From Deltaproteobacteria bacterium (lineage in GTDB: Bacteria > Desulfobacterota > Desulfuromonadia > Desulfuromonadales > JAAYDE01), in assembly GCA_017552515.1 (NCBI GenBank), contig JAFZPK010000125.1:1-36035 (forward strand): DNA of 36,035 nt. The letters are read 5' to 3'. The first letter of the stretch is position 1, and every line of letters begins with the position of its first letter. Shown one piece after another: positions 23,237 through 32,008 of this stretch. The position numbers and the translations under genes are program-made. Below the pieces are notes generated by a model. It was given only the letters and a program-made list of their open reading frames with translations, made no database searches and was not told the DNA's origin.

Positions 23237-24112
23237 ATGAGTGTGCTGCGTTTGGGATTGCCCAAAGGGAGTCTGGAAAATACCACGTTCGAGCTGTTTG
23301 CCAAGGCGGGCTACAAGATTGAGGGCGCGTCGCGCTCCTACTATCCGACCATCAACGATCCTGAAATCGAGTGTGTCTTGCTGCGCGCCCAGGAGATGGC
23401 CCGTTATGTTGAAGAGGGGATTCTGGATGCCGGTCTGACCGGTCTGGACTGGATTCAGGAAAACAATGCAGATGTCGTGGAAGTGGCGGAGCTGATCTAT
23501 GGCAAGGTGGGACGCAACCCCCTGCGCTGGGTGGTGGCGGTCCCCCAGGATTCGCCGATTCAGTCGCCTGCCGATCTGCAGGGCAAGCGAATTGCCACGG
23601 AGGCGGTGGGAATGACCAAACGCTATCTGGCCTCGCACAATGTGGAGGCGACGGTGGAGTTCAGCTGGGGCGCAACCGAGGTCAAACCGCCGTATCTGGC
23701 CGACGCCATTGTGGAGATCACCGAAACCGGCTCCTCCCTGCGTGCCAACAACCTGAGGATCGTGGATACCGTCTGCACCACGACCACCCGTTTCATCGCC
23801 AACAAGGAGGCCTGGAAGGACAGCTTCAAACGGCGCAAGGTCGAGCGGCTGGCGATGATGCTGCAGGGTGTGCTGGCGGCGGAGAAGAAGGTCGCCCTGA
23901 TGCTCAACATCAAGAAGGACAACCTGGAGAAGGTGCTTTCCCTGCTGCCGGCGCTGCACAAGCCGACCATCTCGTCGCTGGCCGACGATCCCAACTGGTT
24001 TGCGGTCATGACGATTGTGGACAAGGACATGATCCGGGACATCATCCCCGATTTGATCGCCGTGGGCGCGGAAGGACTGGTGGAGTACACGCTCAACAAG
24101 ATCTTCTTCTGA
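23237..24112 (+). CDS. hisG: ATP phosphoribosyltransferase, long form
   Basis: 291 aa with 'LRLGLPKGSL', 'RAQEMARYVEEGILDAGLTGLDW' and 'EITETGSSLRANNL'. Confidence 0.9.
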   Translation: MSVLRLGLPKGSLENTTFELFAKAGYKIEGASRSYYPTINDPEIECVLLRAQEMARYVEEGILDAGLTGLDWIQENNADVVEVAELIYGKVGRNPLRWVVAVPQDSPIQSPADLQGKRIATEAVGMTKRYLASHNVEATVEFSWGATEVKPPYLADAIVEITETGSSLRANNLRIVDTVCTTTTRFIANKEAWKDSFKRRKVERLAMMLQGVLAAEKKVALMLNIKKDNLEKVLSLLPALHKPTISSLADDPNWFAVMTIVDKDMIRDIIPDLIAVGAEGLVEYTLNKIFF

Positions 24113-24121
24113 GAATGCAAA

Positions 24122-24144
24122 AGAGGCGCAAAGGATGCGCCTCT
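24122..24144 (-). terminator. hairpin probably terminating the minus-strand two-component operon
   Basis: A 9-bp stem agaggcgca/tgcgcctct. The T-rich tail is present only on the minus strand. Confidence 0.4.
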
Positions 24145-24162
24145 GAAGGAAAGCCGATTTTT

Positions 24163-24204
24163 GCGGGATGCTTCTTTCCGGGAAGCATCCCGCTGTTTTT
24201 TTTT
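24163..24204 (+). terminator. intrinsic terminator of hisG
   Basis: A perfect 12-bp stem gcgggatgcttc/gaagcatcccgc followed by T9. The T tract overlaps the stop codon of the convergent response-regulator gene. Confidence 0.8.
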
Positions 24205-24905
24205 CAGTTTTCGCCGTTTTCGAAACGGTATCCCTTGCCGCGTACCGTCAGGAAGAATTCCGGATGAGCCGGATCGGCTTCGAAGTACTTGCGCAGCCGG
24301 GCGATAAAGTTGTCCGGCGCGCGGGTTTCGGTATCCGGCGCGAGGTTCCAGACGGACTCCAGCAGTTCCCCCCGATCCAGGACTTCCCCCGCCTTGCTGA
24401 AAAAGATGCGCAGGATCCGGACTTCCATTTCGGTCAGCTCAATTTCGCCCTGCGGTGTCATTGCCTTCTGTTCCTGCAGGTTGACCGTGTGCGGGCCGAA
24501 ACGGTAGATCGTGCCGGGCAGGGGACGGTACCAGGTGGAACGCTCCAGAATGCGCCGGACCCGCAGCAGGAATTCCGCCAGCGAAAAGGGTTTGGTGAGG
24601 TAGTCGTCGGCACCGTGCTTGAGACCGGCCACGCGGTGCGTTTCGTCACCCAGGGCGGTCAGGATCAGAATCGGCAGGCGATCGTCGCGTTTCCGGGCGC
24701 TGCGGCAGATGTCGAGCCCGCTCATGTCGGGGAGCATCAGATCGAGGATCAGCAGCGCGAAGTCCTGCGTTTCCAGCGCATTCAGTGCCTCCTGCCCGGT
24801 TGGGGCGTGGGTGACGCTGTAGCCTTCCTGTTCCAGGTTGAAGGTCAGGCCCTGCGCGATATGCTCCTCGTCTTCCACCAGCAGTATCGAATATTTTCCG
24901 TCCAT
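24204..24905 (-). CDS. OmpR/PhoB-family response regulator
   Basis: 233 aa with 'ILLVEDEEHI', 'LLILDLMLPDMSG', 'DDYLTKPF' and the winged helix 'LTVRGKGYRF'. SD aggggg upstream. Confidence 0.9.
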   Translation of the reverse strand: MDGKYSILLVEDEEHIAQGLTFNLEQEGYSVTHAPTGQEALNALETQDFALLILDLMLPDMSGLDICRSARKRDDRLPILILTALGDETHRVAGLKHGADDYLTKPFSLAEFLLRVRRILERSTWYRPLPGTIYRFGPHTVNLQEQKAMTPQGEIELTEMEVRILRIFFSKAGEVLDRGELLESVWNLAPDTETRAPDNFIARLRKYFEADPAHPEFFLTVRGKGYRFENGEN

Positions 24906-24927
24906 TAGCGTGCCCCCTGTTGTTGGT

Positions 24928-25872
24928 TCAGGCGCAGCGCGGCAGCAGAATGTGGAAGGTGCTGCCCTGGCCTTCACCCGCGCTTTCCGCCCAGATTTTC
25001 CCCCGTTGCCGCCGCACCAGCAGCTGGACGATGAACAGGCCGAGACCGGTGCCGTGGATGCCGTCGCCCGTCTTGCGCACCCGGTAGAACATGCGGAAGA
25101 TCTTCTTCAGATCCTGGGAGGACAGTCCGCGCCCCTTGTCTTTCAGCCGCAAATGGCACCATTTGCCCTCGCGCCGCAGGGTGACCGTAAGCGCCGGCGG
25201 ACCTTGCGCGTAGAGGATGGCGTTTTCCACGAGATTGCGGAAAATCAGTCGCAGGGATTCCGGATCCAGCTGCGCTGCCAGATCCGCGTCTATTGATGTG
25301 GAGAGCTCTCCGGGGAAATGCCCGGCGGCCTCCCGGAAGTATTCCGTGGTCAGAGCGGAGAGATCACAGCGGCGCAGGGCCAGCGGAAAACGCTGGAACT
25401 CCATGCGGTTGGCAGCCAGCAGGTTGTTGATGAGCGAGTCCAGCCGGCTGCTTTCCGCCAGCATGATGTCCAACGATTTGGCGAACTGTTCCGGTGGAGG
25501 CTGACGCAGCTGCAGGGTTTCCAGATGCAGACGGATGGAGGCCACCGGAGATTTCAGCTCGTGGCTGACCTGGGCGATGAAGGATTTCTGTTCCCGCAGC
25601 AGCGCGGACTGGCGTGACCAGTACAGGAAGATGGCGTAGACACCCGCCAAAATAGCCAGAAGCAGCACCAGCCCTTCCGCCATGACTATCCAGCTAAGGC
25701 CGCTTTTGTCTACCAGTTCCGGCCAGTAGCGGGTGGCGATCTCCTGCAGGCGCTTGTGACCGCCCAAAAACCAGGTCATCCAGACCCAGACCACCAGGAA
25801 CCATGCCAGCTGGACAACAATGAAGATGACCAGAGGGTGAAAGGCCTTTTTGAGTATCCTCGGGATATGCAT
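24928..25872 (-). CDS. sensor histidine kinase (two TM, minimal periplasmic loop)
   Basis: H-box 'FIAQVSHELKSPV', N-box 'FRNLVENAILY' and G-boxes 'DKGRGL' and 'GTGLGLFIV'. SD ggagag upstream. Confidence 0.85.
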   Translation of the reverse strand: MHIPRILKKAFHPLVIFIVVQLAWFLVVWVWMTWFLGGHKRLQEIATRYWPELVDKSGLSWIVMAEGLVLLLAILAGVYAIFLYWSRQSALLREQKSFIAQVSHELKSPVASIRLHLETLQLRQPPPEQFAKSLDIMLAESSRLDSLINNLLAANRMEFQRFPLALRRCDLSALTTEYFREAAGHFPGELSTSIDADLAAQLDPESLRLIFRNLVENAILYAQGPPALTVTLRREGKWCHLRLKDKGRGLSSQDLKKIFRMFYRVRKTGDGIHGTGLGLFIVQLLVRRQRGKIWAESAGEGQGSTFHILLPRCA

Positions 25873-26006
25873 TTCTAACTCTCCAGATTGACTTGCATTT
25901 TTACACAACTATTACAAACGGCAAAAATGAATTTTGCTAAACTTATAAAAAGATTTATAACCCTTTTAATTTACTGAATAATTTTTTTATTTATGCGAGG
26001 ACGCTT

Positions 26007-27077
26007 ATGTTTGCGGGATTGACGATTGGCCGGTATCGGGTTCCGTATCCGTTGCTGCAGGGCGGAATGGGGGTGCGCATTTCCGGTGGGCGTTTGGCCG
26101 GGAATGTGGCGCGCTGCGGCGGTATAGGCGTGGTGGCTTCCGCGGGATTGGGGCTGGATCTCCCCACCTACAACGGCGGCAACTTTTTCGAGTCGGACGC
26201 GCTGGCCTTGAAGGAGGAACTGCGCAAAGCCCGCGCCATTGCGCCCGAAGGCGTTATTGGCGTCAACTGCATGGTGGCGGTCAGCGACTATGACACCAAC
26301 GTGCGGGCCGCGTGCGAAGGCGGCGCGAATCTCATTGTCTGCGGGGCCGGTCTGCCGCTTTCCCTGCCGAAACTGGTGAAGGACTATCCCGAGGTGGCGA
26401 TTGTTCCCATCGTGTCGTCGGTCAAGGCGATAGAGTTGATCTGCCGTAAATGGGAGCGTCATGAACGTCTGCCGGACGCGGTGGTCGTGGAGGATCCGGA
26501 GACGGCGGGCGGCCATCTGGGCGAGCATTTCGAAGACATCGGCACCGGCAAGTACGATCAGTATGGCACGGTGCGCGGCGTCAAAGCGTGGCTGCGCGAA
26601 TTTGCCGGGCATGACATTCCGGTGATTGCCGCAGGCGGCATCTGGGATCGCGGTGATGTGCTGCATGCGCTTTCGGAAGGCGCCGATGGCGTGCAGATGG
26701 CAAGCCGCTTTGTCTGCACCGAGGAGTGTGACGCCGACGCTGCCTACAAACAGGCCTATCTTGACTGCACCAAGGAACAGATCGGCCTGATCATGAGTCC
26801 GGTAGGGCTGCCGGGCCGGGCGATTTTGAACAACATTCCCTATATTGAACAGTACGATGCCCAGCGCGGCTTCATCTGCCCCTGCCGTTGCCTGAAGAGA
26901 TGCGTGTACCGGGAAACCGGTACCCACTACTGCATTGTGCATTCGCTTAACCGCGCGCAGCAGGGCGATGTGAAGACCGGCCTGATCTTCTGCGGAAGCA
27001 ACGCCTGGCGCTCGGATCATATTGGCACCGTGCGGGAAATTTTTGACGAGCTGTTTGCGGACGAAAAAACGGCGTGA
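26007..27077 (+). CDS. nitronate monooxygenase / NAD(P)H-flavin oxidoreductase family (NMO/FabK-like)
   Basis: 356 aa with 'YPLLQGGMGVRISGGRLAGNVARCGGIGVV', 'AAGGIWDRGD' and 'GADGVQMASRF'. Confidence 0.8.
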   Translation: MFAGLTIGRYRVPYPLLQGGMGVRISGGRLAGNVARCGGIGVVASAGLGLDLPTYNGGNFFESDALALKEELRKARAIAPEGVIGVNCMVAVSDYDTNVRAACEGGANLIVCGAGLPLSLPKLVKDYPEVAIVPIVSSVKAIELICRKWERHERLPDAVVVEDPETAGGHLGEHFEDIGTGKYDQYGTVRGVKAWLREFAGHDIPVIAAGGIWDRGDVLHALSEGADGVQMASRFVCTEECDADAAYKQAYLDCTKEQIGLIMSPVGLPGRAILNNIPYIEQYDAQRGFICPCRCLKRCVYRETGTHYCIVHSLNRAQQGDVKTGLIFCGSNAWRSDHIGTVREIFDELFADEKTA

Positions 27078-27101
27078 TTTGACGAATATTCCGGAAAAAA
27101 G

Positions 27102-27138
27102 GCGGTTGGCGGGCGAAGACCCGCAAACCGCTTTTTTT
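27102..27138 (+). terminator. intrinsic terminator
   Basis: A long imperfect GC hairpin gcggttggcggg...cccgcaaaccgc followed by T7. Confidence 0.7.
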
Positions 27139-27206
27139 GTCGTTTTTTGCCGGATTTTTCTGTTTTATATTCGCACTGTGACACAATTCCGGAAGGAGAA
27201 GAAAGC

Positions 27207-27998
27207 ATGAAAGTGGCCCTGGCGCAGATTGAGGCAATCGCGGGCGATATTGAAGGCAACGTGGCAAAAATCGCGGACTGCGCCGGACGTGCCGCCGCCT
27301 GTGGATGCGGCGCGGTGCTGTTTCCCGAACTGAGCGATACCGGTTACGATCTGGATGTGGTTCGCAGGAGCGCAAGTGTGTGGCCGCAGGGCGCGGTGGC
27401 GGAGCGTCTGGGCGATGTTGCCCGCAGGGAACGTATCTTTGTGCTTGCGGGCGTTGCGGAACGGTGCGGAGAAAATCTCTACAACGCCTGTATGGTGCTG
27501 AATCCCGAAGGCGCCCTTGTGGCCCGTTACCGCAAAAGCCATCTCTTCACGCTCACAGATGAGGCACAGTGTTTTACACACGGGGAAGGTGTGTGCGTAG
27601 TGCCCATCGGGGACCGCCTCTGGGGGCTTTCCATCTGTTACGATCTGCGTTTTCCGGAACTCTACCGCATGTTGGCGTTAAAGCATGGCGTGCAGGTTCT
27701 GGCCGAATGTTCGGCCTGGCCCAGGGTCCGTCTTGCCCACTGGGATGTGCTGACCCGGGCGCGCGCCGTGGAAAATCAGGCGTGGATGCTGGCCGTCAAC
27801 CAGGTGGGCGGGAGCGGAGCGGGGGCGCATGCCTTTGGCGGGCACAGCCGTGTTATTGACCCCTGGGGGCAGGTGGTGGCGGAGGCGTCTGCGGAGGAGG
27901 AACTGCTGGTGGCGGAGATCGAGCCGGCGCTGGTGGCGCAGTGCCGTCAGAAGATTCCGGCGCTGCGCGATGCCCGTCCGGAGCTTTGGCATTGGTAG
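27207..27998 (+). CDS. carbon-nitrogen hydrolase (nitrilase superfamily / omega-amidase-like)
   Basis: 263 aa with 'MKVALAQI', 'VLFPELSDTGY', 'YRKSHLF' and 'GLSICYDLRFPELYR' (the E-K-C triad context). SD ggaaggag upstream. Confidence 0.85.
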   Translation: MKVALAQIEAIAGDIEGNVAKIADCAGRAAACGCGAVLFPELSDTGYDLDVVRRSASVWPQGAVAERLGDVARRERIFVLAGVAERCGENLYNACMVLNPEGALVARYRKSHLFTLTDEAQCFTHGEGVCVVPIGDRLWGLSICYDLRFPELYRMLALKHGVQVLAECSAWPRVRLAHWDVLTRARAVENQAWMLAVNQVGGSGAGAHAFGGHSRVIDPWGQVVAEASAEEELLVAEIEPALVAQCRQKIPALRDARPELWHW

Positions 27999-28083
27999 GA
28001 AACGCCGCCCGGAGACGGGAGCGGTCATTGCCTTTTTCGGGAAAAGCACGAATTTTTGAAGAGACGTTTGGAGAAGGGCGGGC

Positions 28084-28818
28084 ATGACGGAGCGGCTTGA
28101 CAAATTGCTGGTGGCGCGGGGGCTTGCCGGTTCGAGGGAACGTGCGCACGCGCTGATTCTGGCCGGGCGGGTGCTGGTGGCGGATCAGGTCTGCGACAAG
28201 GCGGGCACACGCTTTGCGGAAGATGTGTCCCTGCGGCTCAAAGGGGAGGACATTCCCTTTGTGTCGCGCGGCGGGCTCAAATTGGAAGGGGCCTTGGAAG
28301 CCTTTCAGGTGGATGTGACGGGGAAAGTCGCCCTGGATGTTGGAGCCTCGACCGGCGGCTTCACCGACTGCCTGTTGCAGCATGGAGCGGCCCGGGTGTT
28401 TGCGGTGGATGTCGGGTACGGGCAGCTGGCGTGGAAGCTGCGTACCGATCCGCGGGTTGTGGTGCTGGAACGGACCAATATCTGCGCTGTGACGTCCGAA
28501 ATGCTGGGTACTGCGCCCGATATCGCGGTTATCGATTGCTCGTTTACGTCGCTTGTGCGTGTCGCCCCTCCGACGCTGGCCCTGCTGGCTCCCCGGGCCG
28601 ATGTCATCGCGCTCATCAAACCCCAGTTCGAGGTGGGTAAAGGGAAGGTTGGCAAGGGAGGCATTGTCCGTGATCCTGCCTTGCGCGCGCAGGTGGTGGA
28701 GGACATCCGCCAGGCTGCGCTCCAGTGGGGCTGCGATATCCGCGGCGTTATCGAAAGCCCGATTACCGGTGTCAAGGGCAACGTGGAATATCTTATCCAC
28801 CTTGGATATGCAAAATAA
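28084..28818 (+). CDS. tlyA: TlyA-family rRNA 2'-O-methyltransferase
   Basis: S4 domain 'RLDKLLVARGLAGSRERAHALI', 'VSRGGLKLEGAL' and the SAM motif 'ALDVGASTGGFTDCLL'. Confidence 0.85.
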   Translation: MTERLDKLLVARGLAGSRERAHALILAGRVLVADQVCDKAGTRFAEDVSLRLKGEDIPFVSRGGLKLEGALEAFQVDVTGKVALDVGASTGGFTDCLLQHGAARVFAVDVGYGQLAWKLRTDPRVVVLERTNICAVTSEMLGTAPDIAVIDCSFTSLVRVAPPTLALLAPRADVIALIKPQFEVGKGKVGKGGIVRDPALRAQVVEDIRQAALQWGCDIRGVIESPITGVKGNVEYLIHLGYAK

Positions 28819-28966
28819 ACTTGCAGTACCTTGCCGGGGAAATAAAATATAAATGTGGATTCCTTTCTGTACCCGGTTTGACAGACGGCCAATGAGGGAA
28901 GAAGGAAAGATTTTTCCCTCCATGGCGCGCAAGGGATAAAACGACTTTCTGGAAAGGAGCATGCTT

Positions 28967-29317
28967 ATGGCGAAAGAAGAGTGTCTGTTCTGCAAAATCA
29001 TTTCCGGCGAGATTCCCGCGCCACCGGTCTATGAGGATGAGCAGGTGGTCGTGATCCGGGATATTTCCCCGCAGGCGCCGCATCATTTTCTCGTGCTGCC
29101 GCGGGAGCACATCGTGTCGGCTTTGAATCTTGAGGAACGCCACGATGCGCTGGTAGGCCATGTATTCCGGGTGGCCGCACGCCTGGCCCGGGAACAGGGC
29201 TTTGCCGACAGCGGTTTCCGGATTGTCAACAACTGCGGGCGGGATGGCGGCCAGACGGTGGGACATATCCATTTTCATCTGCTGGGCGGCCGGTCGCTGG
29301 AGTGGCCACCAGGTTAG
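28967..29317 (+). CDS. histidine triad nucleotide-binding protein (HinT-like)
   Basis: 'CLFCKIISGEIP' and 'GQTVGHIHFHLLGG'. The ATG at 28967 is better spaced from aaggag than the one at 28961. Confidence 0.85.
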   Translation: MAKEECLFCKIISGEIPAPPVYEDEQVVVIRDISPQAPHHFLVLPREHIVSALNLEERHDALVGHVFRVAARLAREQGFADSGFRIVNNCGRDGGQTVGHIHFHLLGGRSLEWPPG

Positions 29318-29395
29318 CAGAAGGGATTTCCATCCGTCCTGAAGGGATGCTTTGACAGAGGAGCGGGTGGTTTCATATGGGTAAAGAACAAATTT

Positions 29396-30895
29396 ATGGC
29401 TGATCCGAATGTAAATGAAAGCGTGCGGCAGCAGCACCTGATAGACGAGACTTTGGAACTGCTGGTGACCTATTATGGCGGGGTCCTGAGCGAGGAAGAA
29501 CTCGATCAGAAGATGAATTTGCTGCTGCATGCCATTGATGTCGCCCGCCGCTCCCATGACGGCCAGTTCCGCCGTTCCGGCGAACCCTACATCTTTCATC
29601 CACTGCGGGTTGCGCATCTGGCGGCGCGCAACTGGATGGATTTCGATTCCATCTGCGCCGCCATGCTGCACGACGTGGTGGAAGACACGCCGGTGACACT
29701 GGCCGAGATTGAAAAAGATTTCGGCTACAAAATCGCGTTTCTGATCAATGGGCTGACCAAGGCGGACGATGAGCACTTGAGCCGCGAGGCGCTGCGCAAT
29801 CAGACCTACCGCCGCCAGTTGCTGACCGCCATCGAGGATGTGCGGGCACTCTGTTTGAAGTTTTGGGACCGCATCGACAATCTGCAGACCATCAAAGCGC
29901 TGGCGCCGGAAAAGCAGCGGCTTATCGCCGAGGAAACCGAGCGGATCTATGTGCCGCTGGCCTTGCGGCTCGGCATGGGCTATGTGGCCTCCGAGCTGGA
30001 TGCGCTTTCTCTGGCGGTGCTTGAGCCCGATTCCTATGAGGAGTATCAGAAGACGCTGGCCTCTCTGCGCGTGACGATGCAGCCGTGGCTGCGCCAGATC
30101 CGGGGGCGCATCATCAACACTTTGGAAAGCTACAAACTAAGCGTTCATGTCAACGATCGCTGGCGTTCGTTTTCGCTGCTGGCCGCTCGCGCCGTTCATC
30201 GGGGCTTCCCCAAGCTGTATACCATGGAGATCGATGTGGGACGGACGATGGACGCCTATGTGGCGCTGGGGCTGCTGCATGGCATGTTCCCACCCATTCC
30301 GGGCAAACTTGAGGATCATCTGACGGTTCCCTCTCCACACGGCTATCAGGCTCTGCACACCACGGTCCAGGCGGATCAGTACCGGATGCGGGTGGAGATC
30401 ACCACGCACAAGCTGGCCCGCTTCAATCGTTCCGGTGTGCTGGCGCCCGGTTTCGATTTTCACGAGGCGCGTTTTCAGGAACTGGTCAAGACCCTTTTGG
30501 AAGGGAATGCCTCGGTGGTCGATGTCGAACGTTTGCGTCTGGCCACCAGCAATGTCCGGGTCTACACGCCGACCGGCGCGGATCGGGTACTTCCCGAGGG
30601 GAGCAGCGTGCTTGATTTCGCCTTTGAAATTCATGAGGAGCTTGGTTTGCACGCGCAGTACGGCATGGTTAACGGCAAGCATCGCGGGCTTGATTTTCAT
30701 CTGATGGATGGCGATCAGGTGGAGATTATCCGCAGCGCGGAACCGGAGGTGCGTTCCAAGTGGCTGGAATGGGCGATAACGTCCAAGGCTTTAAACAGCA
30801 TTCGCCGTTATCTGCGAAACCATCCGGCGGAAAAACCGGTGCCTGCGAAAACCGCGCCGGAAGGCGCGGAGAAATCCGCCGGAGGAGACGCATGA
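29396..30895 (+). CDS. short RelA/SpoT homologue (HD hydrolase, synthetase-like domain, TGS domain)
   Basis: HD motifs 'YIFHPLRVAHL' and 'AAMLHDVVEDT'. Synthetase-like 'HGYQALHTT'. TGS 'VRVYTPTGADRVLPEGSSVLDFAFEIH'. No ACT/RRM tail. Confidence 0.8.
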   Translation: MADPNVNESVRQQHLIDETLELLVTYYGGVLSEEELDQKMNLLLHAIDVARRSHDGQFRRSGEPYIFHPLRVAHLAARNWMDFDSICAAMLHDVVEDTPVTLAEIEKDFGYKIAFLINGLTKADDEHLSREALRNQTYRRQLLTAIEDVRALCLKFWDRIDNLQTIKALAPEKQRLIAEETERIYVPLALRLGMGYVASELDALSLAVLEPDSYEEYQKTLASLRVTMQPWLRQIRGRIINTLESYKLSVHVNDRWRSFSLLAARAVHRGFPKLYTMEIDVGRTMDAYVALGLLHGMFPPIPGKLEDHLTVPSPHGYQALHTTVQADQYRMRVEITTHKLARFNRSGVLAPGFDFHEARFQELVKTLLEGNASVVDVERLRLATSNVRVYTPTGADRVLPEGSSVLDFAFEIHEELGLHAQYGMVNGKHRGLDFHLMDGDQVEIIRSAEPEVRSKWLEWAITSKALNSIRRYLRNHPAEKPVPAKTAPEGAEKSAGGDA

Positions 30896-31896
30896 AGCGG
30901 AGTGTCCTTTTCGCCGTGCTTTGCGCTCTGTGCGGCCTGGCCTTCTGTGTGGCCAACCTGTTTGGCGCCAATCTGCTCTGCGTGACCGAGGGCTGCACGA
31001 TTTATCACGGGTACCGGGTTTTCGGGCTGAATCTCTACGCCCTGGGCGCCGTTGGTTTTCTGGCAATGCTGGTGCTGGTGCCGTTGTGCGCCCTGCTTGA
31101 GGAAGCGGGCTTCGACCGCAGTCCGAGAGAGGGCTGGTGGTCGTATCGGAGGATGCTGGCGCTGCTGGCGGTGACGATCGTCTGCGGTTTGCTGATAGAG
31201 ATGGCGCTTCTGGCCTACCAGTGGCTGTTCTGGGCCTGTTCCAGCTGCCTGGTGGCTGCTCTGCTCTTTGGATTGACGGTGCTGCTGGCGATGTTTTCCT
31301 TTCGGGAACTGCGGCGGGCGCCCCTGTGGTGTCTGGGCGGCCTGTGGCTGATACTTGCCGCTTATGTCACACTGGTGGTGGCGCGCGAGGCGCTGCTGCA
31401 TCCCTGGAGCCTGACCGGCACTTCCGGAACGGCGCAGGTGTACTTCTCCCCGACCTGTCCCAGTTGCCGGGAGGTGGTGCTGGAACTCCTGGACAAGGTT
31501 CCGGAACCTGAAAAAAGGATAGCCTTCATCCCGATAAGCAAGAATGCCGAAGATGATCGGCGTCTGGCGGCGGTGCTTCCCCTGCTGCGGCAGGGAGGTG
31601 AGGCCGCAACGGTGTTGCGCGGTCTGTTCGAAGCTCCGGCGTCCGGGGATGTGAAACTTGCTCTGTCGGATCGGTTGCGGCTCTGGATCAACAAGAGCAC
31701 ATTGGCCTCCCGGGGGTTCACGAAGGTGCCCCAGATTCTCTCTTCCGCGCCGATTCTGGTGACGGCTCCTTCGGAAGTCGCAGGATCTCCCTCGTTTCCG
31801 CCCGTGCCGTCCGGTAACACCTGCCTTCCGGTGGAAGACGGCGACTGCGAAGATCGTTCGGGAGGTGCTTTTCCTGCGGAGGGTGTGGAACGCTGA
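30892..31896 (+). CDS. VKOR-like membrane oxidoreductase fused to a thioredoxin-like domain
   Basis: 334 aa. Loop Cys pair 'CVTEGC', in-membrane 'CSSC', and C-terminal 'YFSPTCPSCREV'. SD ggaggag upstream. The ATG overlaps the RSH stop (ATGA). Confidence 0.7.
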   Translation: MKRSVLFAVLCALCGLAFCVANLFGANLLCVTEGCTIYHGYRVFGLNLYALGAVGFLAMLVLVPLCALLEEAGFDRSPREGWWSYRRMLALLAVTIVCGLLIEMALLAYQWLFWACSSCLVAALLFGLTVLLAMFSFRELRRAPLWCLGGLWLILAAYVTLVVAREALLHPWSLTGTSGTAQVYFSPTCPSCREVVLELLDKVPEPEKRIAFIPISKNAEDDRRLAAVLPLLRQGGEAATVLRGLFEAPASGDVKLALSDRLRLWINKSTLASRGFTKVPQILSSAPILVTAPSEVAGSPSFPPVPSGNTCLPVEDGDCEDRSGGAFPAEGVER

Positions 31897-32008
31897 TATT
31901 TTTTCCGGGAATTTGACGCTCTGGAGAATTGATGGTTTGCGGATTCAAATGGAATCAGGCTGATAGCGAGTATCGACCTGATTTCTTTGTATATGGGGGA
32001 TTTATTTT

